In this document: one piece after another, positions 11,561 through 23,800 of the stretch
Position numbering within the stretch: position 1 is the stretch's first letter
How the letters are laid out: every line of letters begins with the position of its first letter
From: Eledone cirrhosa
Taxonomy: Eukaryota
Direction: 5' to 3'
Length of the DNA stretch: 64,000 nt
Assembly (NCBI GenBank): GCA_964016885.1
Contig: OZ024757.1
Location: 43,214,001-43,278,000, forward strand
Notes under the pieces: generated by a model
What the model was told of the DNA's origin: nothing
The model's input: the letters and a program-made list of their open reading frames with translations, nothing else
Databases searched by the model: none
Program-made: the position numbers and the translations under genes

Positions 11561-14500
11561 AGTGCCCATGCGCCAAGACCGCCAGACCGTACTGCGCATG
11601 CGCCAAGGGCGCCGGACCGTAGTGCGCATGCGCCAAGGCCGCCTGACTGTACTGCGCATGCGTCAAGGTCGCAGTACCGAACTGCGCATGCGCTAAGGCC
11701 GCCGAACCGCATTGCGCATGCGCCAAGGCCACCTGACTGTACTGCGCATGCGTCAAGGTCGCAGTACCGAACTGCGCATGCGCTAAGGCCGCCGGACCGT
11801 ACTGCGCATGCGCCAAGGCCGCCGGACCGTAGTGCGCATGCGCCAAGGCCGCCTGACTGTACTGCGCATGCATCAAGGTCCCAGTACCGTACTGCGCATG
11901 CACCAAGGCCACCAGGACGTAGTGCGCATGCGCCAAGGCCATCGGACCGTAGTGCGCATGCGCCAAGTCTGCCAGACCGTAGTGCGCATGCGCCAAAGCC
12001 ACCGGACCGTACTGCGCATGTGCCAAGGCCACCGGAACGTAGTGCGCATGCGGCAAGGTCGCTGGACCGTAGTGCGCATGCGCCAAGACCGACGGTCCGG
12101 TGGCTTTGGCGCATGCGCACTACGGTCCGGCGTCCTTGGCGCATGTGCAGTACGGTCCGGTGACCTTGGCGCATGCGCACTACGGTCCAGCTGCTTTGGC
12201 GCATGCGCAGTACGGTTCAGCGGCCTTAGCGCATGCGCACTACGGTCCGGCGGGCTTGGCGCATGTGCAGTATGGTCCGGCGACCTTGACGCATGCGCAC
12301 TACGGTTCGGCGGCTCTGGCGCATGCGCACTGCGGTCAGCGGCCTTGGCGCATGCGCACTACGTTCCGGTGGCCTTGGCGCATGCGCAGTACGCTCCAGT
12401 GGCCTTGGCGCATGCGCAGTAAGGTCCGGCGGCTTTGGCGCATGCGCACTATGGTCTGTCAGTCTTGGCGCATGCGCACTACGGTCCGGCTGCCTTCGTG
12501 GATGCGCACTACGTTCCGGCGGCCTTGCCGCATGCGCACTACGGTCCGGTGGCTTTGGCGCATGCGCACTACGGTCTGGCAGACTTGGCGCATGCGCACT
12601 ACGGTCCGATGGCCTTGGCGCATGCGCACTACGGTCTGGCAGCATTGGCGCATGCGCACTACGGTCCGGCGGTCTTGGCGCATGCGCACTACGGTCCGGC
12701 GACCTTGCCGCATGCGCACTACGTTCCGGTGGCCTTGGCACATGCGCAGTACGGTCCGGTGGCTTTAGCGCATGCGCACTACGGTCTGGCAGACTTGGCG
12801 CATGCGCACTACGGTCCGATGGCCTTGGCGCGTGCGCACTACGGTCCAGTGGCCTTGGCGCATGCGCACAACGGTCCGGCGGCCTTGGCGCATGCGCACT
12901 ACGGTCCGGCAGCTTTGGTGCATGCGCACTACGGTCTGGCAGCATTGGCGCATGCGCACTACGGTCCGGCGGCCTTGGCGCATGCGCAGTAAGGTCCGGC
13001 GGCCATGGCGCATGCGCACTAAGGGCCAGCGGTCTTTGCGCATGCGCACAATGGTACGGCGGCCTTGGCGCATGCGCACTACGTTCCGGTGGCCTTGACG
13101 CATGCGCAGTACTGTCCAGTGGCCTTGGCGCATGCGCAGTAAGGTCCGGCGGCCTTAGCGCATGCGCAGTACGTTCCGGCGGCCTTGGCGCATGCGCACT
13201 AAGGGCCATCGTTCTTTGCGCATGCGCACAACGGTCCGGCGACCTTGCCGCATGCGCACTACGTTCCGGTGGCCTTGGCACATGCGCAGTACGGTCCGGT
13301 GGCTTTGGCGCATGCGCACTACGGTCTGGCAGACTTGGCGCATGCACACTACGGTCCGATGGCCTTGTCGCATGCGCACTACGTCCTGGTGGCCTTGGCG
13401 CATGCGCAGTACAGTCCAGTGGCCTTGGCGCATGCGCAGTGAGGTCCGGCGGCCTTAGCGCATGCGCAGTAAGGTCCGGCGGCCATGGCGCATGCGCACT
13501 AAGGGTCAGCGGTCTTTGCGCATGCGCACAACGGTCCGGCGGCCTTGGCGCATGCACACTACGGCCCGGCGGCCTTGGCGCCTGCGCACTACGGTCCGGC
13601 GGCTTTGGTGCATGCGCACTACGGTGTGGCAGCATTGGCGCATGCGCACTACGGTCTGGCAGACTTGGCGCATGCGCACTACGGTCCGATGGCCTTGGCG
13701 CGTGCGCACTACGTTCTGGTGGCCTTGGCGCATGCGCACTACGTTCCGGTGGCCTTTGCGCATGCGCAGTACGGTCCAGCGGCCTTGGCGCATGCGCACA
13801 ACGTTACGGTGGCCTTGGCGCATGCGCAGTACTGTCCAGTGGCCTTGGCGCATGCGCAGTAAGGTCCGGCGGCCTTAGCGCATGCGCAGTACGTTCCGGC
13901 GGCCTTGGCGCATGCGCACTAAGGGCCATCGTTCTTTGCGCATGCGCACAACGGTCCGGCGGCCTTGGTGCATGCGCACTACGGTCCGGCGGCCTTGGCG
14001 CATGCGCACTACGGTCCGGCGGCTTTGGTGCATGCGCACTACGGTCTAGCAGCATTGGGACATGCGCACTACAGCCCGGCGGCCTTGGCGCATGCGCAGT
14101 ACGGCCCGGCGACCTTGGCGCATGCGCACTACGGTCTGGCGGCCTTGGCGCACGCGCACTACGGTCCGGCGGTCTTGGCGCATGCGCACTACGGTCCGGC
14201 GACCTTGCCGCATGCGCACTACGTTCCGGTGGCCTTGGCACATGCGCAGTACGGTCCGGTGGCTTTGGCGCATGCGCACTACGGTCTGGCAGACTTGGCG
14301 CATGCGCACTACGGTCCGATGGCCTTGGCGCATGCGCACTACGTCCTAGTGGCCTTGGCGCATGCGCAGTACAGTCCACTGGCCTTGGCGCATGCGCACT
14401 ATGGTCTGTCAGTCTTGGCGCATGCGCACTACGGTCCGGCTGCCTTCGTGGATGCGCACTACGTTCCGGCGGTCTTGCCGCATGCGCATTACGGTCCGGT

Positions 14501-16269
14501 GGCTTTGGCGCATGCGCACTACGGTCTGGCAGACTTGGCGCATGCGCACTACGGTCCGATGGCCTTGGCGCATGCGCACTACGGTCTGGCAGCATTGGCG
14601 CATGCGCACTACGGTCCGGCGGTCTTGGCGCATGCGCACTACGGTCCGGCGACCTTGCCGCATGCGCACTACGTTCCGGTGGCCTTGGCACATGCGCAGT
14701 ACGGTCCGGTGGCTTTAGCGCATGCGCACTACGGTCTGGCAGACTTGGCGCATGCGCACTACGGTCCGATGGCCTTGGCGCGTGCGCACTACGGTCCAGT
14801 GGCCTTGGCGCATGCGCACAACGGTCCGGCGGCCTTGGCGCATGCGCACTACGGTCCGGCAGCTTTGGTGCATGCGCACTACGGTCTGGCAGCATTGGCG
14901 CATGCGCACTACGGTCCGGCGGCCTTGGCGCATGCGCAGTAAGGTCCGGCGGCCATGGCGCATGCGCACTAAGGGCCAGCGGTCTTTGCGCATGCGCACA
15001 ATGGTACGGCGGCCTTGGCGCATGCGCACTACGTTCCGGTGGCCTTGACGCATGCGCAGTACTGTCCAGTGGCCTTGGCGCATGCGCAGTAAGGTCCGGC
15101 GGCCTTAGCGCATGCGCAGTACGTTCCGGCGGCCTTGGCGCATGCGCACTAAGGGCCATCGTTCTTTGCGCATGCGCACAACGGTCCGGCGGCCTTGGTG
15201 CATGCGCACTACGGTCCGGCGGCCTTGGCGCATGCGCACTACGGTCCGGCGGCTTTGGTGCATGCGCACTACGGTCTAGCAGCATTGGAGCATGCGCACT
15301 ACAGCCCGGCGGCCTTGGCGCATGCGCAGTACGGCCCGGCGACCTTGGCGCATGCGCACTACGGTCTGGCGGCCTTGGCGCACGCGCACTACGGTCCGGC
15401 GGTCTTGGCGCATGCGCACTACGGTCCGGCGACCTTGCCGCATGCGCACTACGTTCCGGTGGCCTTGGCACATGCGCAGTACGGTCCGGTGGCTTTGGCG
15501 CATGCGCACTACGGTCTGGCAGACTTGGCGCATGCACACTACGGTCCGATGGCCTTGGCGCATGCGCACTACGTCCTGGTGGCCTTGGCGCATGCGCAGT
15601 ACAGTCCAGTGGCCTTGGCGCATGCGCAGTGAGGTCCGGCGGCCTTAGCGCATGCGCAGTAAGGTCCGGCGGCCATGGCGCATGCGCACTAAGGGTCAGC
15701 GGTCTTTGCGCATGCGCACAACGGTCCGGCGGCCTTGGCGCATGCACACTACGGTCCGGCGGCCTTGGCGCCTGCGCACTACGGTCCGGCGGCTTTGGTG
15801 CATGCGCACTACGGTGTGGCAGCATTGGCGCATGCGCACTACGGTCTGGCAGACTTGGCGCATGCGCACTACGGTCCGATGGCCTTGGCGCGTGCGCACT
15901 ACGTTCTGGTGGCCTTGGCGCATGCACAGTACGGTCCAGTGGCCTTGGCGCATGCGCACAACGGTCCGGCGGCCTTGGCGCATGCGCACTACGGTCCGTC
16001 AGCTTTGGTGCATGCGCACTACGGTCTGGCAGCATTGGCGCATGCGCACTACGGTCCGGCGGCCTTGGCGCATGCGCAGTACGGCCCGGTGGCCTTGGCG
16101 CATGCGCACTACGGTCTGGCGGCCTTGGCGCATGCGCACTACGGTCCGGCGGCCTTGGCGCATGCGCACTACGGTCCGGCGGCGTTGGCGCATGCGCACT
16201 ACGGTTCGGAGGCCTTGGCGCATGCGCACTACGGTCCGACGTTCTTGACGCATGTGCAGTACGGTCCGG

Positions 16270-16534
16270 ATGACTTTTTAGCCATTTTAAGCCTTTGTGT
16301 TGCCATATTTAGCCATTTTGAGTTATTTTAGTAATTTATGATGCAGTTTAACCATTTTAGAGCCATTTATAGTCATTTTAGACGTTTCAGTCGTGTTAGA
16401 GTCATTCTAGTCAATTATGATACGGTTTTAGCATTTTATTGTCACTTTAGTCATTTATTATGCCGTCTTAGCCACTTTGTTGTAATTTCAGACATACATG
16501 ATGACATTTCGGCCATGTTAGTCCTTTTTGATGA
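16270..16534 (+). repeat. AT-rich spacer, haplotype B
   Basis: Matches 9061-9325. Confidence 0.96.
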
Positions 16535-18505
16535 CGTGCCCATGCGCCAAGACCGCCAGACCGTACTGCGCACGCGTCGATACGGCCTGATCGTAGTGCG
16601 CATGCGCCAAAGCCGCCTAACCGTAGTGCGCATGCGCCAAGGCCGCCGATACATAGTGCACATGCGCCAAGGCCGTCGGACCATACTGCGCATGCGCCAA
16701 GGGCGCCGGACAGTTGTGCGCATGCACCAAGGCCGCCTGACTTACTGCGCATGCGTCAAGGTCGCAGTACCGAACTGCGCATGCGCTAAGGCCTCCGGAC
16801 CGTACTGCGCATGCGCCAAGGCCACCTGACTGTACAGCGCATGCGTCAAGGTCGCAGTACCGAACTGCGTATGCGCTAAGGCCGCCGGACCGTACTGCGC
16901 ATGCGCCAAGGCCGCCGGACCGTAGTGCGCATGCGCCAAGGCCGCCTGACTGTACTGCGCATGCATCAAAGTCCCAGTACCGTACTGCACATGCACCAAG
17001 ACCGCCGGACCGTAGTGCGCATGCGCCAGAGCCGCCGAACCGTAGTGCGCATGCGCCAAGGCCGCCGGACCATACTGCGCATGCGCCAAGGCCGCCGGGC
17101 CGTAGTGCGCATGCGCCAAAGACGCGGGCCCGTAGTGCGCATGCGCCAAGGCCACCTGACTGTACTGCGCATGCGTCAAGGTCGCAGTACTGAACTGCGC
17201 ATGCGCTAAGGCCGCCGGACCGTAATGTGCATGCGCCAAGGCCGCCTGACTGTACTGCGCATGCGTCAAGGTCGCAGTACCGAACTGCGCATGCGTTAAG
17301 GCCGGCGGCCTTGGCGCATGCGCACTACGTTCCGGTGGCCTTGACGCATGCGCAGTACTGTCCAGTGGCCTTGGCGCATGCGCAGTAAGGTCCGGCGGCC
17401 TTAGCGCATGCGCAGTACGTTCCGGCGGCCTTGGCGCATGCGCACTAAGGGCCATCGTTCTTTGCGCATGCGCACAACGGTCCGGCGGCCTTGGTGCATG
17501 CGCACTACGGTCCGGCAGCCTTGGCGCATGCGCACTACGGTCCGGCGGCTTTCGTGCATGCGCACTACGGTCTAGCAGCATTGGGGCATGCGCACTACAG
17601 CCCGGCGGCCTTGGCGCATGCGCAGTACGGCCCGGCGACCTTGGCGCATGCGCACTACGGTCTGGCGGCCTTGGCGCACGCGCACTACGGTCCGGCGGTC
17701 TTGGCGCATGCGCACTACGGTCCGGCGACCTTGTCGCATGCGCACTACGTCCTGGTGGCCTTGGCGCATGCGCAGTACAGTCCAGTGGCCTTGGCGCCTG
17801 CGCAGTAAGATCCGGCGGCCATGGCGCATGCGCACTAAGGGCCAGCGGTCTTTGCGCATGCGCAAAATGGTCCGGCGGCCTTGCCGCATGCACACTACGG
17901 CCCGGCGGCCTTGGCGCCTGCGCACTACGGTCCGGCGGCTTTGGTGCATGCGCACTACGGTCTGGCAGCATTGGCGCATGCGCACTACGGTCCGGCGGTC
18001 TTGGCGCATGCGCACTACGGTCCGGCGACCTTGCCGCATGCGCACTACATTCCGGTGGCCTTGGCACATGCGCAGTACGGTCCGGTGGCTTTAGCGCATG
18101 CGCACTACGGTCTGGCAGACTTGGCGCATGCGCACTACGGTCTGATGGCCTTGGCGCGTGCGCACTACGGTCCGATGGCCTTGGCGCGTGCGCACTACGG
18201 TCCAGTGGCCTTGGCGCATGCGCACAACGGTCCGGTGGCCTTGGCGCATGCGCACTACGGTCCGGCAGCTTTGGTGCATGCGCACTACGGTCTGGCAACA
18301 TTGGCGCATGCGCACTACGGTCCGGCGGCCTTGGCGCATGCGCAGTACGGCCCGGCGGCCTTGGCGCATGCGCACTACGGTCTGGCGGCCTTGGCGCATG
18401 CGCACTACGTTCCGGCGGCGTTGGCGCATGCGCACTACGGTTCGGAGGCCTTGGCGCATGCGCACTACGGTCCGACGTCCTTGACGCATGTGCAGTACGG
18501 TCCGG

Positions 18506-18770
18506 ATGAATTTTTAGCCATTTTAAGCCTTTATGTTGCCATATTTAGCCATTTTGAGTTATTTTAGTAATTTATGATGCAGTTTAACCATTTTAGAGCC
18601 ATTTATAGTCATTTTAGACGTTTCAGTCGTGTTAGAGTCATTCTAGTCAATTATGATACGGTTTTAGCATTTTATTGTCACTTTAGTCATTTATTATGCC
18701 GTCTTAGCCATTTTGTTGTAATTTCAGACATACATGATGACATTTCGGCCATGTTAGTCCTTTTTGATGA
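18506..18770 (+). repeat. AT-rich spacer, haplotype A
   Basis: Matches 11296-11560. Confidence 0.96.
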
Positions 18771-20622
18771 AGTGCCCATGCGCCAAGACCGCCAGACCGT
18801 ACTGCGCATGCGCCAAGGGCGCCGGACCGTAGTGCGCATGCGCCAAGGCCGCCTGACTGTACTGCGCATGCGTCAAGGTCGCAGTACCGAACTGCGCATG
18901 CGCTAAGGCCTCCGGACCGTACTGCGCATGCGCCAAGGCCACCTGACTGTACAGCGCATGCGTCAAGGTCGCAGTACCGAACTGCGTATGCGCTAAGGCC
19001 GCCGGACCGTACTGCGCATGCGCCAAGGCCGCCGGACCGTAGTGCGCATGCGCCAAGGCCGCCTGACTGTACTGCGCATGCATCAAAGTCCCAGTACCGT
19101 ACTGCACATGCACCAAGACCGCCGGACCGTAGTGCGCATGCGCCAGAGCCGCCGAACCGTAGTGCGCATGCGCCAAGGCCGCCGGACCATACTGCGCATG
19201 CGCCAAGGCCGCCGGGCCGTAGTGCGCATGCGCCAAAGACGCGGGCCCGTAGTGCGCATGCGCCAAGGCCACCTGACTGTACTGCGCATGCGTCAAGGTC
19301 GCAGTACTGAACTGCGCATGCGCTAAGGCCGCCGGACCGTAATGTGCATGCGCCAAGGCCGCCTGACTGTACTGCGCATGCGTCAAGGTCGCAGTACCGA
19401 ACTGCGCATGCGTTAAGGCCGGCGGCCTTGGCGCATGCGCACTACGTTCCGGTGGCCTTGACGCATGCGCAGTACTGTCCAGTGGCCTTGGCGCATGCGC
19501 AGTAAGGTCCGGCGGCCTTAGCGCATGCGCAGTACGTTCCGGCGGCCTTGGCGCATGCGCACTAAGGGCCATCGTTCTTTGCGCATGCGCACAACGGTCC
19601 GGCGGCCTTGGTGCATGCGCACTACGGTCCGGCAGCCTTGGCGCATGCGCACTACGGTCCGGCGGCTTTCGTGCATGCGCACTACGGTCTAGCAGCATTG
19701 GGGCATGCGCACTACAGCCCGGCGGCCTTGGCGCATGCGCAGTACGGCCCGGCGACCTTGGCGCATGCGCACTACGGTCTGGCGGCCTTGGCGCACGCGC
19801 ACTACGGTCCGGCGGTCTTGGCGCATGCGCACTACGGTCCGGCGACCTTGTCGCATGCGCACTACGTCCTGGTGGCCTTGGCGCATGCGCAGTACAGTCC
19901 AGTGGCCTTGGCGCCTGCGCAGTAAGATCCGGCGGCCATGGCGCATGCGCACTAAGGGCCAGCGGTCTTTGCGCATGCGCAAAATGGTCCGGCGGCCTTG
20001 CCGCATGCACACTACGGCCCGGCGGCCTTGGCGCCTGCGCACTACGGTCCGGCGGCTTTGGTGCATGCGCACTACGGTCTGGCAGCATTGGCGCATGCGC
20101 ACTACGGTCCGGCGGTCTTGGCGCATGCGCACTACGGTCCGGCGACCTTGCCGCATGCGCACTACATTCCGGTGGCCTTGGCACATGCGCAGTACGGTCC
20201 GGTGGCTTTAGCGCATGCGCACTACGGTCTGGCAGACTTGGCGCATGCGCACTACGGTCTGATGGCCTTGGCGCGTGCGCACTACGGTCCGATGGCCTTG
20301 GCGCGTGCGCACTACGGTCCAGTGGCCTTGGCGCATGCGCACAACGGTCCGGTGGCCTTGGCGCATGCGCACTACGGTCCGGCAGCTTTGGTGCATGCGC
20401 ACTACGGTCTGGCAACATTGGCGCATGCGCACTACGGTCCGGCGGCCTTGGCGCATGCGCAGTACGGCCCGGCGGCCTTGGCGCATGCGCACTACGGTCT
20501 GGCGGCCTTGGCGCATGCGCACTACGTTCCGGCGGCGTTGGCGCATGCGCACTACGGTTCGGAGGCCTTGGCGCATGCGCACTACGGTCCGACGTCCTTG
20601 ACGCATGTGCAGTACGGTCCGG

Positions 20623-20887
20623 ATGAATTTTTAGCCATTTTAAGCCTTTATGTTGCCATATTTAGCCATTTTGAGTTATTTTAGTAATTTATGATGCAGT
20701 TTAACCATTTTAGAGCCATTTATAGTCATTTTAGACGTTTCAGTCGTGTTAGAGTCATTCTAGTCAATTATGATACGGTTTTAGCATTTTATTGTCACTT
20801 TAGTCATTTATTATGCCGTCTTAGCCATTTTGTTGTAATTTCAGACATACATGATGACATTTCGGCCATGTTAGTCCTTTTTGATGA
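20623..20887 (+). repeat. AT-rich spacer, haplotype A
   Basis: Matches 18506-18770 at offset 2117. Confidence 0.96.
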
Positions 20888-23800
20888 AGTGCCCATGCGC
20901 CAAGACCGCCAGACCGTACTGCGCATGCGCCAAGGGCGCCGGACCGTAGTGCGCATGCGCCAAGGCCGCCTGACTGTACTGCGCATGCGTCAAGGTCGCA
21001 GTACCGAACTGCGCATGCGCTAAGGCCGCCGAACCGCACTGCGCATGCGCCAAGGCAACCTGACTGTACTGCGCATGCGTCAAGGTCGCAGTACCGAACT
21101 GCGCATGCGCTAAGGCCGCCGGACCGTACTGCGCATGCGCCAAGGCCGCCGGACCGTAGTGCGCATGCGCCAAGGCCGCCTGACTGTACTGCGCATGCAT
21201 CAAGGTCCCAGTACCGTACTGCGCATGCACCAAGGCCACCAGGACGTAGTGCGCATGCGCCAAGGCCATCGGACCGTAGTGCGCATGCGCCAAGTCTGCC
21301 AGACCGTAGTGCGCATGCGCCAAAGCCACCGGACCGTACTGCGCATGTGCCAAGGCCACCGGAACGTAGTGCGCATGCGGCAAGGTCGCTGGACCGTAGT
21401 GCGCATGCGCCAAGACCGACGGTCCGGTGGCTTTGGCGCATGCGCACTACGGTCCGGCGTCCTTGGCGCATGTGCAGTACGGTCCGGTGACCTTGGCGCA
21501 TGCGCACTACGGTCCAGCTGCTTTGGCGCATGCGCAGTACGGTTCAGCGGCCTTAGCGCATGCGCACTACGGTCCGGCGGGCTTGGCGCATGTGCAGTAT
21601 GGTCCGGCGACCTTGACGCATGCGCACTACGGTTCGGCGGCTCTGGCGCATGCGCACTGCGGTCAGCGGCCTTGGCGCATGCGCACTACGTTCCGGTGGC
21701 CTTGGCGCATGCGCAGTACGCTCCAGTGGCCTTGGCGCATGCGCAGTAAGGTCCGGCGGCTTTGGCGCATGCGCACTATGGTCTGTCAGTCTTGGCGCAT
21801 GCGCACTACGGTCCGGCTGCCTTCGTGGATGCGCACTACGTTCCGGCGGCCTTGCCGCATGCGCACTACGGTCCGGTGGCTTTGGCGCATGCGCACTACG
21901 GTCTGGCAGACTTGGCGCATGCGCACTACGGTCCGATGGCCTTGGCGCATGCGCACTACGGTCTGGCAGCATTGGCGCATGCACACTACGGTCCGGCGGT
22001 CTTGGCGCATGCGCACTACGGTCCGGCGACCTTGCCGCATGCGCACTACGTTCCGGTGGCCTTGGCACATGCGCAGTACGGTCCGGTGGCTTTAGCGCAT
22101 GCGCACTACGGTCTGGCAGACTTGGCGCATGCGCACTACGGTCCGATGGCCTTGGCGCGTGCGCACTACGGTCCAGTGGCCTTGGCGCATGCGCACAACG
22201 GTCCGGCGGCCTTGGCGCATGCGCACTACGGTCCGGCAGCTTTGGTGCATGCGCACTACGGTCTGGCAGCATTGGCGCATGCGCACTACGGTCCGGCGGC
22301 CTTGGCGCATGCGCAGTAAGGTCCGGCGGCCATGGCGCATGCGCACTAAGGGCCAGCGGTCTTTGCGCATGCGCACAATGGTACGGCGGCCTTGGCGCAT
22401 GCGCACTACGTTCCGGTGGCCTTGACGCATGCGCAGTACTGTCCAGTGGCCTTGGCGCATGCGCAGTAAGGTCCGGCGGCCTTGGCGCATGCGCAGTACG
22501 TTCCGGCGGCCTTGGCGCATGCGCACTAAGGGCCATCGTTCTTTGAGCATGCGCACAACGGTCCGGCGACCTTGCCGCATGCGCACTACGTTCCGGTGGC
22601 CTTGGCACATGCGCAGTACGGTCCGGTGGCTTTGGCGCATGCGCACTACGGTCTGGCAGACTTGGCGCATGCACACTACGGTCCGATGGCCTTGGCGCAT
22701 GCGCACTACGTCCTGGTGGCCTTGGCGCATGCGCAGTACAGTCCAGTGGCCTTGGCGCATGCGCAGTGAGGTCCGGCGGCCTTAGCGCATGCGCAGTAAG
22801 GTCCGGCGGCCATGGCGCATGCGCACTAAGGGTCAGCGGTCTTTGCGCATGCGCACAACGGTCCGGCGGCCTTGGCGCATGCACACTACGGCCCGGCGGC
22901 CTTGGCGCCTGCGCACTACGGCCCGGCGGCTTTGGTGCATGCGCACTACGGTGTGGCAGCATTGGCGCATGCGCACTACGGTCTGGCAGACTTGGCGCAT
23001 GCGCACTACGGTCCGATGGCCTTGGCGCGTGCGCACTACGTTCTGGTGGCCTTGGCGCATGCGCACTACGTTCCGGTGGCCTTTGCGCATGCGCAGTACG
23101 GTCCAGCGGCCTTGGCGCATGCGCACAACGTTACGGTGGCCTTGGCGCATGCGCAGTACTGTCCAGTGGCCTTGGCGCATGCGCAGTAAGGTCCGGCGGC
23201 CTTAGCGCATGCGCAGTACGTTCCGGCGGCCTTGGCGCATGCGCACTAAGGGCCATCGTTCTTTGCGCATGCGCACAACGGTCCGGCGGCCTTGGTGCAT
23301 GCGCACTACGGTCCGGCGGCCTTGGCGCATGCGCACTACGGTCCGGCGGCTTTGGTGCATGCGCACTACGGTCTAGCAGCATTGGGACATGCGCACTACA
23401 GCCCGGCGGCCTTGGCGCATGCGCAGTACGGCCCGGCGACCTTGGCGCATGCGCACTACGGTCTGGCGGCCTTGGCGCACGCGCACTACGGTCCGGCGGT
23501 CTTGGCGCATGCGCACTACGGTCCGGCGACCTTGCCGCATGCGCACTACGTTCCGGTGGCCTTGGCACATGCGCATGCGCCAAGGCCGCCGGACCGTAGT
23601 GCGCATGCGCCAAGGCCGCCTGACTGTACTGCGCATGCATCAAGGTCCCAGTACCGTACTGCGCATGCACCAAGGCCACCAGGACGTAGTGCGCATGCGC
23701 CAAGGCCATCGGACCGTAGTGCGCATGCGCCAAGTCTGCCAGACCGTAGTGCGCATGCGCCAAAGCCACCGGACCGTACTGCGCATGTGCCAAGGCCACC

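Larger units (their letters stand above)
12159..18910 (+). repeat. 6.75-kb direct segmental duplication (copy at 23801-30552)
   Basis: Constant offset of 11642 across landmarks: 12293/23935, 16338/27980, 18574/30216. Confidence 0.9.
16743..21027 (+). repeat. Tandem duplication with 2117-bp period
   Basis: Landmarks 16901/19018, 17491/19608, 18574/20691. The R arm after spacer 18506 starts A-type and switches to B-type at about 18911. Confidence 0.9.
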
